Below are positions 25,801-37,719 of a stretch of 64,000 nt of DNA, piece after piece (position 1 is the stretch's first letter; each line of letters starts with the position of its first letter). The stretch is from NCBI RefSeq assembly GCF_006345805.1, contig NC_042999.1:140926001-140990000 (forward strand), in the 5' to 3' direction. Below the pieces are notes generated by a model. The model had not been told where the DNA came from, did not search any database, and worked only from the letters and a program-made list of their open reading frames with translations. The stretch comes from Octopus sinensis (taxonomy: Eukaryota). The translations under genes and the position numbers were made by a program.

Positions 25801-26104
25801 GAAGCAAGTGGGAGAAAGCTAAAGGTTACCAGAGTGCAACTCTTCTCCAGTCAAGCATATATATTTTTTAATACATGTAGCCAACCTTCAATATTGCTGT
25901 GTAAAATAGATTTAAGTATATTTTCAAGATTTCTTTGCTTGCTTCCATTGAGTTCTCTAAAAATCTCTTCACACATGAAATGTATCCTTTGTTTTTATAA
26001 TAGTTTTGCAACATTAATGTGCATGTCTCTTTCTCTCTCTCTCTCCATGTGAGTACACACACACACACAGAGTCAGGGAGGGGATCGTTGCTAGCGTTGT
26101 TTTA

Positions 26105-26430
26105 CCAGCACATGTGCTGATGACACATGAAAAACAACATTCGAGTGTGGTCATTGCCAGTGCTGCTGGACTGGCTCCCATGCAGGTAGCATGTAAAAAC
26201 ACCTTTTCAGCATGGTCGTTGCCAGAACCGCCTGACTGGCCCTCATGCCGGTGGTACGTAAAATCACCCACTACACACTTGGACTGGTTGGCATTAGGAA
26301 GGGCATCCAGCTGTAGAAACTTTGCCAGATCAGATTGAGCCTGGTGCAGCCTCTGGCTCACCAGTCCTCAGTCAAACTGTCCACCCATGCCAGCATGGAA
26401 AGCGGACGTAAAACGATGATGATGATAATG
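26105..26430 (+). mobile_element. RTE LINE 3' tail-only copy
   Basis: 3' UTR repeat units, then ttaggaagggcatccagctg, then (gat)n tail. Confidence 0.85.
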
Positions 26431-26755
26431 AATTTCAGCATGAATCTATTTATACTGTGATTAAATATCATGTAAGCACCTCGCAGTATTATTTTAAAAT
26501 ATGCTAGTATACTCCAATATGTAATGTTTGGCACAGGTTTCAGTATCATATCACTATCAGCTATGCCTGCATCCATGCATATATACATCCAACTGTTCAT
26601 ACCCATATTATAGTTAAGATTTTGGTTATGAGATTTATTTTATATGACTTGTACAACCAGTATTGTACTGTGTAAGGTACATAACTCCATTTGCACTTGA
26701 AACGATTCTCCAGGATTAGTTAAGATGTAAGAAATTTCATCATGTAACAAAATTC

Positions 26756-26792
<37 letters not shown>

Positions 26793-26916
26793 ATATATAT
26801 ATAAGAGAGTGTATAATTGTGAATAAATCACAATTATAGCAGAGAGGGTTGTAAAAACCTTCGCAATGTATTTTCGCATTCCTTTTGCACACACACACAT
26901 ATATATGTGTCCATGT

Positions 26917-27160
26917 GTCCATGTGTCTAACACACGTGGACATGCCTACAAAGTCAGAAAACAGCACAGCTCCCATGTCTTTCGGAAACATTTTTTCACG
27001 CTCAGGGTTGCGGAAACGTGGAATAAACTGCCTGCATCAGTTGTTGACTTCCATGACACTGCATCCTTTAAGGCCCTCATGCTTCCCGAAATCCGTCGAA
27101 ACTACACCTGATTATATATACACTTTAGATGAGTTGTAGTGCACCTGAGCACTGTACACA

Positions 27161-27207
<47 letters not shown>
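26917..27207 (+). mobile_element. CR1-type LINE 3' fragment with (att)n tail
   Basis: Homologous to 8282-8610 (HVSNTRGHAYKVRKQHS..FRKHFFTLRVAETWNKLP). Confidence 0.9.
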
Positions 27208-27209
<2 letters not shown>

Positions 27210-27328
27210 CATCATCATGATATAGTGTAGTGGGTGCTTTTTACGTGCCAGGGGAGGCTGGCAACGGTCACGATCGGTTGGTGCTTTTTACGTGCCACCT
27301 GCACGGAAGCCAGTTCGGATGGTGCTTT

Positions 27329-27359
<31 letters not shown>

Positions 27360-27360
27360 A

Positions 27361-27913
27361 AGATAATGGTACAACAATGCACCAGTATTTACTGAAAACA
27401 GCAGTCGATAATATACGACGCTATAGTAAAGCTTCACTATATATATATATATACTGGCAATCATATATGCAGGCGGCGCTGGCATAACATAATTCATCTT
27501 ACCTATAGGAAGAACATCAAATAAATGTACAACCCAGATGTGGATAATCTAGGACCTAGGTTTCGAACTTTCCAAATTAGGTTTGTTAACGTAAATTTGA
27601 TTAGTCCTCATCGGCTAGATTCACCCAGACAAAATCTTAAATGTCGCTGCATCAGTGCCACTGTATACTCGTCTGAAGCGCCTAGCCGTTAACAGACCGA
27701 GAACAGTGAAAAAGTTTTCAAAGAAAAAATTATTAAATACTGCAGTACAATAGTATTGCTTCCCAGTAAAACAAAGCACCAACAGGTTAAAGTGTAAATA
27801 AGATAGTGGTCCAACAATGCATCAATATTTACTGGAAGTAGCAGACGATAATATACGATGCTAGAGTAAAACTTCACTGTATATATATATAATGGCAAAC
27901 ATATTTGCAGGCG
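27361..27913 (+). repeat. ~115-bp diverged direct repeats (27361-27476 and 27801-27913), 440-bp period
   Basis: agata.tggt.caacaatgca.ca.tatttactg.aa..agcag.cgataatatacga.gcta.agtaaa.cttcact.(ta)n.tggcaa.catat.tgcaggcgg in both. Confidence 0.85.
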
Positions 27914-27937
27914 GGAAGCTATACTATTATATTGCAC

Positions 27938-27988
<51 letters not shown>

Positions 27989-28772
27989 CCACTCGGAATT
28001 AATGTACATGTTCTACACAACATAGCGTAATTATTGTAAATTCATTTTCGGACATATACCATCGATCCCCCACCTCACCCCCAAAAATTTATAGCAATTT
28101 GGTGACTGTAACAAAGACGTTGAAAATAGCAGTCCTCTGTTGAAAGGACTCACATGACCTCTGGACAAGCTGGACATGTATTCTTATTCGAGATTTGTTC
28201 TATATACATATACAGCGGTTTCATAATTTTAATAACAATTGACCGTTGATATTTAGATAGATATTTTAAATAACGTCTCGTTAAAACAATCGAAGAAGTT
28301 TAGTAACATAAAATTTTATACACGCATAACTGAACTGGAGGGGAAAAATTTTATAATCAATAAATGTTCCATGGTGTCTTTCTCAGGGAATCTGAGACAA
28401 TCTGTAACGACCATAATTTGATGTTTAAAAAAAAAAAAAAAATATGGTCTAAGGGAAACAACTTAGTGTTGAACTAGTAGGAGTTACGTTTTCATTGTTT
28501 TTCTCAGGAACGACATAGGACGATATTATCGTAGAGAAAAAAGTATTGAATTAATTTTAGTGAGGGGATACTTTTTCTTTTCTTTTCTTTTTTTTTTTTT
28601 TGACAATCTCGCTGTACGTTCTTTGTTTTTATTAAATAGTATTATTGTACAAGTGATTTGCACCGATACTTACTACAAGGCAATTATTACTGTAACGCAA
28701 CTGCTACAAATGTTGCCACTAATAAACCTCAGTCTGCTTCCCCTTCTCTGTTTGGCTACAATATGTTAATAC

Positions 28773-28800
<28 letters not shown>
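27503..28800 (-). promoter_or_regulatory. Possible promoter/first-exon region of the left-hand minus-strand gene
   Basis: Non-repetitive sequence visibly richer in CpG than the flanks; strong minus-strand donor tag|GTAAGA at 27503/27502; no long ORF. Confidence 0.35.
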
Positions 28801-28809
<9 letters not shown>

Positions 28810-29068
28810 CTCTCTAGAGTTCGTGCGTAAATATAATATATGGCTGTATAGTTAAGAAGTTTGCTTTGCATATATGTGATTTGGGGTTCAATCCATTTGT
28901 GTGACACCTTGGGTGTCTTTTGTTATCGTCTCTAAGGCAGCCAAACCTTTGGCCCTATAATGTGGTTACCAGCTTCTGCAAGGAGAAACCATTCCCTATT
29001 TGGAAAGGTAGATTTAAAGCGTTGTTTGGCTTAACATCCGTCTAGTCTATGAGTACCTTTACTGAAAT

Positions 29069-29100
29069 CTACTCTGTTGCAAGTCTACTCTGTTGCAAGT
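29069..29100. repeat. 16-bp tandem duplication (ctactctgttgcaagt x2)
   Basis: Direct inspection. Confidence 0.9.
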
Positions 29101-30799
29101 ATTTATGCCCAGTATCTGGTTTCAGATAAATTTCTTCCTTCCAGTCTCAGAAGCTCTGAAATAAGTTATAGGGCTACCCTTCACCTTCTGAAGAAGCTAT
29201 AAAATTTTTGCTTAATTTAGTTTCAATCATACTTAACTATATTACATATTATTGGACAAACTAATTTCTATTTACCTAAGTCAAATGACGATCAAATATA
29301 ATTTAGTTTTCTCTCCATGGAAAAAAAATGAGTGATTAGTGTTAAAACAATGGTTTTTCTTATTGAGAAGAATCTTCTAAAGAGCCGGTAAACATAGAAA
29401 GATATAAATAGTTGGGTTGGAGTCGAACTATTCTTATGGCAACCTCAACAGTTAAGAATTCTTTCATTATGGTGCTGAATTTCATAACTACTAATTTGTA
29501 GAATTTAATAACCACATAGTTGGCATGTTAATTAATACAATACAATATGTGCTTGTAGTAACAATCCATTTTTCTTGTGCTAACTCTTTCTACCAGTTAG
29601 GCAACCACAAAATACTTGAGAGCTTTAGCCAGATGCAGGCAGTAATTTCAATGATATAATATGAACCTTTAACCCTTGCAACTGAAAAGATAATGCCTTG
29701 ACCACTGGGCTATTAAAACTCTTCTGTTTCATTATTTATAGAGAAACATTAAACATCATGTGATTTCTTAGTACTGTTAGTCAAAAATAGATATTCATGT
29801 TCATTATTTCTTACTTTGATTAATGAGTTATTAAATAATTTTACATCCACAAAATAACTTGATATTTTTTATTTGATGACAAAGCTGTTTTATGTTAAAT
29901 GTTAGGGAACTATTTTCATCATTCCCTTTTATTTTTAGTCTTGTTTTTTTTTTATGTTAAAATAACTCTGGCAAGAGAGAAGCAGTGGAGTTATGAAAAT
30001 GGTAGAGCACACACCAAACTAAATATATTACAGTATTTAGTTTCATTCCTCTCATTCTGGATTCACTTATATTCAGATATGACTTCACTTTATATCCTTC
30101 CACAGTCGATAAAATAAGTACCAGTTATTGGCATGAGGGCGATTGTGTGGTTAAGGTATTTGCTTAACAACTATGTGGGTTTTGTTCAATTCCACTGTGC
30201 AACACCTTGAACAAGTGCCTTCTGTCATAACCTAACTTCTTTGAAAGGCCTGCAAATGAATTTTGGCTGACAGAAACTCTATGAAAGCCCATTGGAGGGA
30301 CCACTCTTGTTTATGAGTGACAGATTTAATCTTCTACCCACTCCCAGTTCAGCACCGCCTCCACGTGACCCGTGAGTGTCTCTTGAGGATTCCATTGTGT
30401 TGTAAGCATTCACAACAAATCCCAATTTGATTATCCCTTCCTGTAGTCTAAGGCTCTGAAAAAAATGTTTTTGGTGCTACTTTTCCTCTTGATTATGCCA
30501 TCTAAAAAAAAAAATAAAAGGAAGCAAAAGAAGAAGCAATACTCATTAACTAAAAGAATATGTCATTTAAATATCTTGATTCAACAGAGAGTCAACTGGT
30601 CTAGATACTTTATGGTATATATCACTAACAATATGTACTAATTCAGTCATCATCATCATGCTGACTGAATTATTATGTTACAAGAAACATATACAGTAAA
30701 ATATTTAGCACAGCTTAATACTTCTTGCACAGCATAACCTGAATTGATTTATTACATAGGCACAAGGTTACATATTTTTTAATAATTGAATATTAATTG

Positions 30800-31240
30800 C
30801 CTTAAAAAGCACATAAAAAGCACCAGCTGAACATGGCTGATGCCAGTACCCCCAGACTGGCTCCCTTGCCGGTTGCACGTAAAAAGCACCAACCAAACGT
30901 GGTTGATGCCAGGTCCACCTGACTGGCTCCTGTGCCAGTGACACGTAAAAAGCACCATATAAACGTGGCTGATACCAGTACATCCTGACTGGCCCCCATG
31001 CCAGTAGCACGTAAAAAGCACTATCTGAACATGATTGATGCCAGGCCTGCCTGACTGGCTCCTGAACTGGTGGCATGTAAAAAGCACCCACTACACTCTC
31101 AGAGTGGTTGGTGCAGCTGTAGAAACATTGCCAGATCAGACTGGAGCCTGGTACAGCTGCTGGCTCCAGAACTCAGTCAAACCATCCAACCCGTGCCAGC
31201 ATGGAAAATGGACATTAAACGATGATGATGATAATGATGA
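30800..31240 (+). mobile_element. RTE 3' tail copy with an expanded 66-bp tandem array
   Basis: taaaaagcac at 30814, 30880, 30946, 31012, 31078; then the RTE 3' end and (gat)n. Confidence 0.9.
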
Positions 31241-33370
31241 TGATATATAATATCATAGTCTCAGTCAACAATAATACAAAACTTACAACATGATCTTGTA
31301 ATAGGAAACTAGTGATATTGTTGTAATGATGTTATTTTTAGTAGTGATGTTGTTGTGATATTGTAATGGTGATGTTATTTTTATGAGCTGTAAGGTTGGA
31401 GGATTGGCAAGATTGGTAGAGTGTCAGACAAAATACCTTGCTGTATTTACTTAGTTCTATATTCTGAGTTGATTATGTCACTGAGATCAAGTGTGCCTTT
31501 CATCCTCTCAGCCTGGGAGGATGAAAGCACACTTGCTGATAAAATAAGTATTTGTAGAGTAATAAAATCATTATAATGAGCTGCTCCCTCCCATCAGATT
31601 TGTGGCCTTTTGTGAAAATTGTATTTCATTTATTACTCTAATTCCTTTTTTATTTTCTCTTCACTAAAATTCTAGAACTTCATGAATATCTTAAAGAGAA
31701 AAAGGTATTTTTGGCACATTTAACAATGATAAAATTAATTCTAAACTTTAATAACGATTCCCAGTTGAAACAATTTATTTAGCTAATAATAATGTCTCAA
31801 CTCAATGGATTTCTTTCATTTATCTCTTACAACAAAAGGAATAGTCTGTGAAGGTCAGCCATGACATAGTAGATATTTCAAAAAGAAGGCTCTCCAATTT
31901 GGAATTGCTTTAACTAATGAACTCATTAATCTTTCAAACAATTTTGTTTTATTTTTTCATTCATGTCATTTTTTTTATATACTTTATCTATTTCAGGTTT
32001 AGTTTTAGGAAATATCACAGATACAATGATTAATCAAAAATTGATAGTCAATTGACAATATAATGTGCAGGTGGACAGACTAATACTAATTAATGTAATA
32101 TTGGTTTACTTTGGCCAATTTATTTTAGAGAAGAATATAGTCAACTGGATGAATCTAAACATATTATTGATACTGGTACTTACTTTAGTTACATCAAAGT
32201 TATAAAAACTAAAGTCATCTTCAGCAGAACTTGAAATGAAAATATAAAGGTTTGAAACTGAAGACAAAAAAGAAGTTAGTTTAGCAGTCTACCTTCTGCT
32301 CATATTAAAAATAACCTTCTGCTTTATTGGCAGATAATTCTACTGATAACCTCCTGCATATATGTGACTGTTATATTGGGTTGTTGTTCTATCTTATCCA
32401 TGCTTCTTTGCTTCTGCTACCCAGAACTTGTTGGCAATAATCCAAATGTCTTCAAAACTTTGAACTTCATCCATTAATCTTACACTTTACCATTTTTTAG
32501 GCCTTGTGTTGATTTCATTTGACTAAGAACAAAGCATATTTGTTTGAAAATGCAATAAACTCACCAACCCATCATTCTATTATCTTAGCTAGGCCACCTG
32601 GTCTAGTAAGCCAATTAAATCATGCTCTGGGTATTGCTAATATTTTTTTATGACTCTGACTGGATAAAAGGTAAAAATTCATCTCAGTGAATTTTATCAA
32701 AACTAATTCCACAAAAGATCTTATCTAGATTATATTATGTTGTCATCTAAAGCTTTTATTAATTTGGTTCCTTTATATTCAAATATCTGAAGTCTTTAAT
32801 CCTAACTGAGGCACAAGGCCTTGAATTTTGGTGAAGGGTATTGTCCATTATAGCAATACCAAAACTTCACTAGTACATACTTTATTGACTCCAGTGGATT
32901 GAAAGATAAAGATACCTCCTGTGAGATATGAAAACACACCATAGACATAATTAAATACTACAAGACATTTAGTCTGGTACACTAACATTATACCTGTTGG
33001 TAATAATAATATTAATTATTATGCCTTGTAACATTTATTTATAACCCCTTATTTTCTGGGTCAAAAATTGTTGAGGTCAACTTGCTATTCATCCTTCAAG
33101 GGTTAATTAGATAAATAGTAGTAATATTTTATTCACAAATACACTGGGGTGAGGCATAATCAGCTAAATTAATTAGGGTAGAAGTCTCGACATTTTTAGA
33201 GACTTCTATTTCCTAAATGTTTGAACTTATTAAAAATTATTATTGTTGCTTGAAATTGGAAGGGTTTTACAGATTTTTCACAGCTCAGAGGGCCACATAT
33301 TGCTCTGCAGTCTCGATTTTGGCTTGTTTCTTACAATAAGACGCTCTTCCTAACATCAATAATTCTAGAG

Positions 33371-34020
33371 AGTGTACTGGGTGTATTTTTTCATTGCACT
33401 AGTACTGGAGGGGTTGCCTTGCTATCAGCAAGACTTAAAAAAAGCCCTCAAGTCCTGCATTGTTACTGGTCAAATCACTTACAGAGTGCACTAGGTTCTT
33501 TATGTGAAATCATCACTACTGTAATTGCCTTGCAGCTTGCAAAGTGAAAGAGAGCCCCCATGATGGATGAAACTGATTTGTTGATACGAGACGATGGCAT
33601 CAGAGAGAATAACAGAAGAAAAAGAGTTGGATGGGAGAGGAGAAGAGCAAGAGTAGTATCAGGAATTAGTGTGAAGGAGAAGGTGAGCAGTAGTAATAGT
33701 GATGGGGTAGTTAGAGTAGATGGACCCAGTGATGGATTAGGTAAGTCAGTCTGCCATACCAGCATGGACTGGAGGATTTGTCATGGTCCAAGATAGTTTG
33801 GAATTAAACAAGTTTGATGTCGAAAAAGGCCAGTGGATAAGAGACTAACAGAGACAGTATTAGGGAAGGGGCAATAAGAGGAAATGGGAAAAGTAGTGCC
33901 AGGAGATTTCTGAGAAAGAGTTAGACAGTAACATAGTGGCAGGAAGGGTTGATTAGGAGGAGATGTACTGTTAACCCATGTTATACATGGGTGAGTAAAG
34001 TTGTATGTTAAGAAAAAGTT
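33371..34020 (-). mobile_element. Old retroelement remnant
   Basis: Purine-rich on +, broken frames on -, second copy at 25289-25800; clade not assignable. Confidence 0.45.
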
Positions 34021-34034
34021 AAAACAGAGAAGAT

Positions 34035-34240
34035 TAGCAGAATTGTTAGCATGCTGGACAAAATTCTTAACAGTATTTCTTCCCACTTTATATTCTGAGT
34101 TCAAATTCCAGTAAGGTTGACTTTCCCTTTCATCCTTTCAGGGTCAATAAAATAACTAGCAGTTGAGTTTGTCAATGTAAGCAACTAGCCACCTTCCTCA
34201 AAATTCCAGACCTTGTCCCTATAGTAGAAAGAATTATTAT
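34035..34240 (+). mobile_element. SINE family A
   Basis: agaattagcagaattgttagcatgctgg...ttctgagttcaaattcc...catcctttcagggtcaataaaat. Confidence 0.85.
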
Positions 34241-34809
34241 TATTTTGCTGTTAAGCAATCAAAATCAACTTTGGGATAGTTATTAATGAATTGTTAAATT
34301 TGAATAGCCATCTTTTTAATGTATGGTCTTTATTTTAAAGATGATTATGAATTTGTTGATGAGCATCTGCTTGCTATATCTAGCACATCAAATAATTGTA
34401 TGGAAACTACATAACTGACATTTTTATTGAGTGTCCATATCTTCTATCTATGAATAGTCCAATGGAAAGGAAAGTCATGTTGTATTACTGTCTTTCCTAA
34501 AAGCACTGGTGACACAAGGAAAATTAAATGACTACACCCAGTAATTAAAAGTGGGTTGTTAAAAATTCATATTTGTTTTTAACATTCATTATAATAATGA
34601 GCCAGTGAGTAAGCTTCTACACAATTGTTCAGTTTCCTAGAAATAGCAGTTAAATTTCTTTCAAATAACACTACCATCTTTAAAAAAAAACTAATGTGCT
34701 AGATATACAAAAAGCAAAGAAATGCCTTTGCTCAGTCAAGGCTAACAACAATCATCTTAAAATAAAGATAATGACTGAAGGCAAAATATCTTTCTGTATT
34801 GTATTGGAC

Positions 34810-34909
34810 TCATTTTGAAGAAGGAGCTGCACCCTTGGCCTTTGTAGATTCTCTGAGATTCGTACAATTAATGTGTTGATGTTTCTCTTGAATAATTGTA
34901 AGTTGATGA
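34810..34909 (-). CDS. Candidate terminal coding exon of a right-hand minus-strand gene (HQLTIIQEKHQHINCTNLRESTKAKGAAPSSK*)
   Basis: Strong acceptor ttttttccctgcag; phase 2 matches the upstream candidate; an alternative frame is also open. Confidence 0.35.
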
Positions 34910-36436
34910 CTGCAGGGAAAAAATGTGCAAGTAAGAAATTCCAAAGGTACTATGTTCTGAGGAGAAAGGATTGGTAATGGTAATTAGTACTAGATCTGAG
35001 AAGGGGCTCTATGTGTGACAAGAGGAGGGACTGGCACAAGCCCAATTTCATAACGAGGCATATACTTGATTGATTTATTTTTTCCTTAAACCCCAAGATA
35101 TACTTGAAATTTAGTGTTTAACTCCAACTTCATAGTTTAAAGTAGATGAGCGATGAATTGTTTCCCTATCCAAGAAATCTTTCTTGAATAAGATCCTCTC
35201 ACCTATGATATTTATTCCCAATTGCTGAATAAACAGGTATAGAAAATAAAATAGCTTATCCTGAAACACAACAAAATGCCTGCAATGAATTTGAAGTCGC
35301 AGTCCATATGTCTGTGAATGTTGTCTTCTATACCAAGTAACTCAATTCTAGTATACTACTGGAACTTAATTATTGAAGCATAAAAGGCTAAGACAACTTT
35401 GGTGGAATATGAACTTACAATATAGATAAACAAAACTAAATAACAGAATTTAGCTCAGCCCTGTACCATTTCTGCCGACTAAGCATTTGTCTTCTCTTTT
35501 CATAATACATATTTGTTCCAAACCTTCAACTCTTAGATTAGCTAAAAAGAAATTCTTCAAATTTCCTCTCTACTCCCACCTGCAAGTAGCTGTGCATATT
35601 GTGTAAGTCGTTGTTATTGTTGTTGCTTACTAAAGTTACATTCATTCCAGTCTCCTGGTCATGAGTCACTTTACTGGTAGTTTTGACAGTAAAAATATCA
35701 TATTAGCATTCCATATTACCTTTTTACACAAGGATGAAGAAACAAAACAGTGCATTGCTCATTATCCTCTGGTACAGCAGCGCATCATGCCATAGAGTCT
35801 ATTACAACTGCTTCTTTTTCATTTTCTTTGTGTGTGTGTGCACATATCACATATCAGTGTATGCATGTGTGCATGCATGTACACTCCTCAGTGAAGGATG
35901 TTTCAATTTGGCTGAATATATCTGTATGTCAGTAGTTTTTTTGAGCTGTGCAAGTGACATGTTTGATGTCTCTTCCATCTGATGCTGAGTGACTCAATTG
36001 ACATCCAATCCAACCAAACATCTCTTTCTCTCCAGCACTATACATTCACAAGAAATTATATTGAAAAAAATAGGGACAGTTAAAATGTCAGCTTATGAGT
36101 CATGAGTTATTTTATACCCCCCACATGTTCATGTCCCCTTGACCAAGGTGCTTAACCTAAGTATGATTGCATTGAAAGACAAGATCTACACTAGTAAGTT
36201 TTCATATCCCTTGAAACTAACTGGAGATGTCACAGTGAACTTCAGTTTTTACAGAGACATGGAAACAAAGAACAATAATTTGAGGACAGTATTGGTGAGG
36301 GTCAGTTACAGATGCAATAAGTTGGGATTTGAAACAAGAATTGTTATTCCTACCCAAACATTACTTTTCTTGGTGTTATTCGTGTTTCAGATTTCAAAGT
36401 TGATATCTACAATGCAGTATTCATAACAAAGTTTAC

Positions 36437-36525
36437 ATGTTTAAATCTTTCATTAGCATTATGTCATATTCATAGGCAAGGTGCAGACATTTTGGGCCAA
36501 GATTCTTAATTGTTCCTGATTCAGT
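36437..36525 (-). CDS. Candidate exon (phase 0/2): TESGTIKNLGPKCLHLAYEYDIMLMKDLN
   Basis: Acceptor tttactgttatgtag, donor GTAAAC, open 89 nt. Confidence 0.35.
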
Positions 36526-37719
36526 CTACATAACAGTAAATAGTATTACATTGAGGGAGTTGCACATATTATGAGTAGTAAAAGCTCTGTATAATTAGTG
36601 CTTTATTAGTTTGCAGGATTGGACTGAAGGCCTGTCAATGGCTACTGGTTTCATTAGTATCTGTGATACACACCAAACTAATGTCCCAATTATTTATCTC
36701 AGTGTCATAGAAACATTTAAACCCACCTTTTTGTAAAAACAAAATCTATTCTAATATATTGATCTAAGATAAAAGTTCTTCACAACAGCTGATGAAAAAA
36801 CTGAGGTTATTGAGTCACTAACACATCTATTCCAAGAAATACACATCTATCCAGCCTTATAAATGAATGAAACAACAGATGTAAAATGAACAAAAAGATG
36901 AAAGGAGAAAGATAAAAGAAAGAAAATCAATCACTTTTACTAATAATGCAACTCAGAAACCTGCAATCTAAAATAATGAAGGTTATGTATAATTTCAACT
37001 CTTGTCAATATTATTTTTACAACAGTTAAATAAACTTAAGCAGTTCAATAAATCTATTACTGCCTTTGCACACTTTCTCTTCCTCCATACATGTTTTTTC
37101 ATTCATTTTAAGACATTTCTATGCACATGTTGCATTGTTATTTTGTCTTGGTAGTGCAGATAATAACAACAAAGCAATATAGTGAATATTTACAGCTCTA
37201 GTGATAAGATGTTATGCAAATTTGTTTTGTGTTCCATATTTACATGTACAATAGAATGGAGAGAGTGCCATGATTTACTGAATTTTTTTTTTTTTCAAAG
37301 GAAGCAAACATTGATACACATAGGAATGAGAAAGAATTGATTTAAAGCAATCTGATAACATTGTGTGTGTGTGTGTGTTGTAGCAAGACCCTTTCTCACC
37401 CCACAATCCATTAGAATTGCTGTCCCACATAATCCGTTAGTTAATTAATCCTTTCACAAACCACAAAGCATTTAACTGAAGTTTCTGCACTGTTAAGTAG
37501 ATGAAAAATCAATCTTTCTTTAGATAAGATACATGACATTAATAAAATGAGGCAATGGTGAGTGAATTGCTTGCCTAGAGATACTGAAATGGCTAAGAAC
37601 TCATTTCATACAGAAAAAAAAAGAGCAATTAACATCAGTAGCTGCTTATTTGCTTGTTTTATATTTTTAAATGGAATTTTAAATCTTACAAGAAAAAATT
37701 TGATTAAATTCCTTATTAT

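Noticed and set aside
30800-31110. CRISPR-like regularly spaced repeats
   Set aside because: The spacers are homologous to each other, the array is part of an RTE 3' UTR, the DNA is eukaryotic and no cas genes are present
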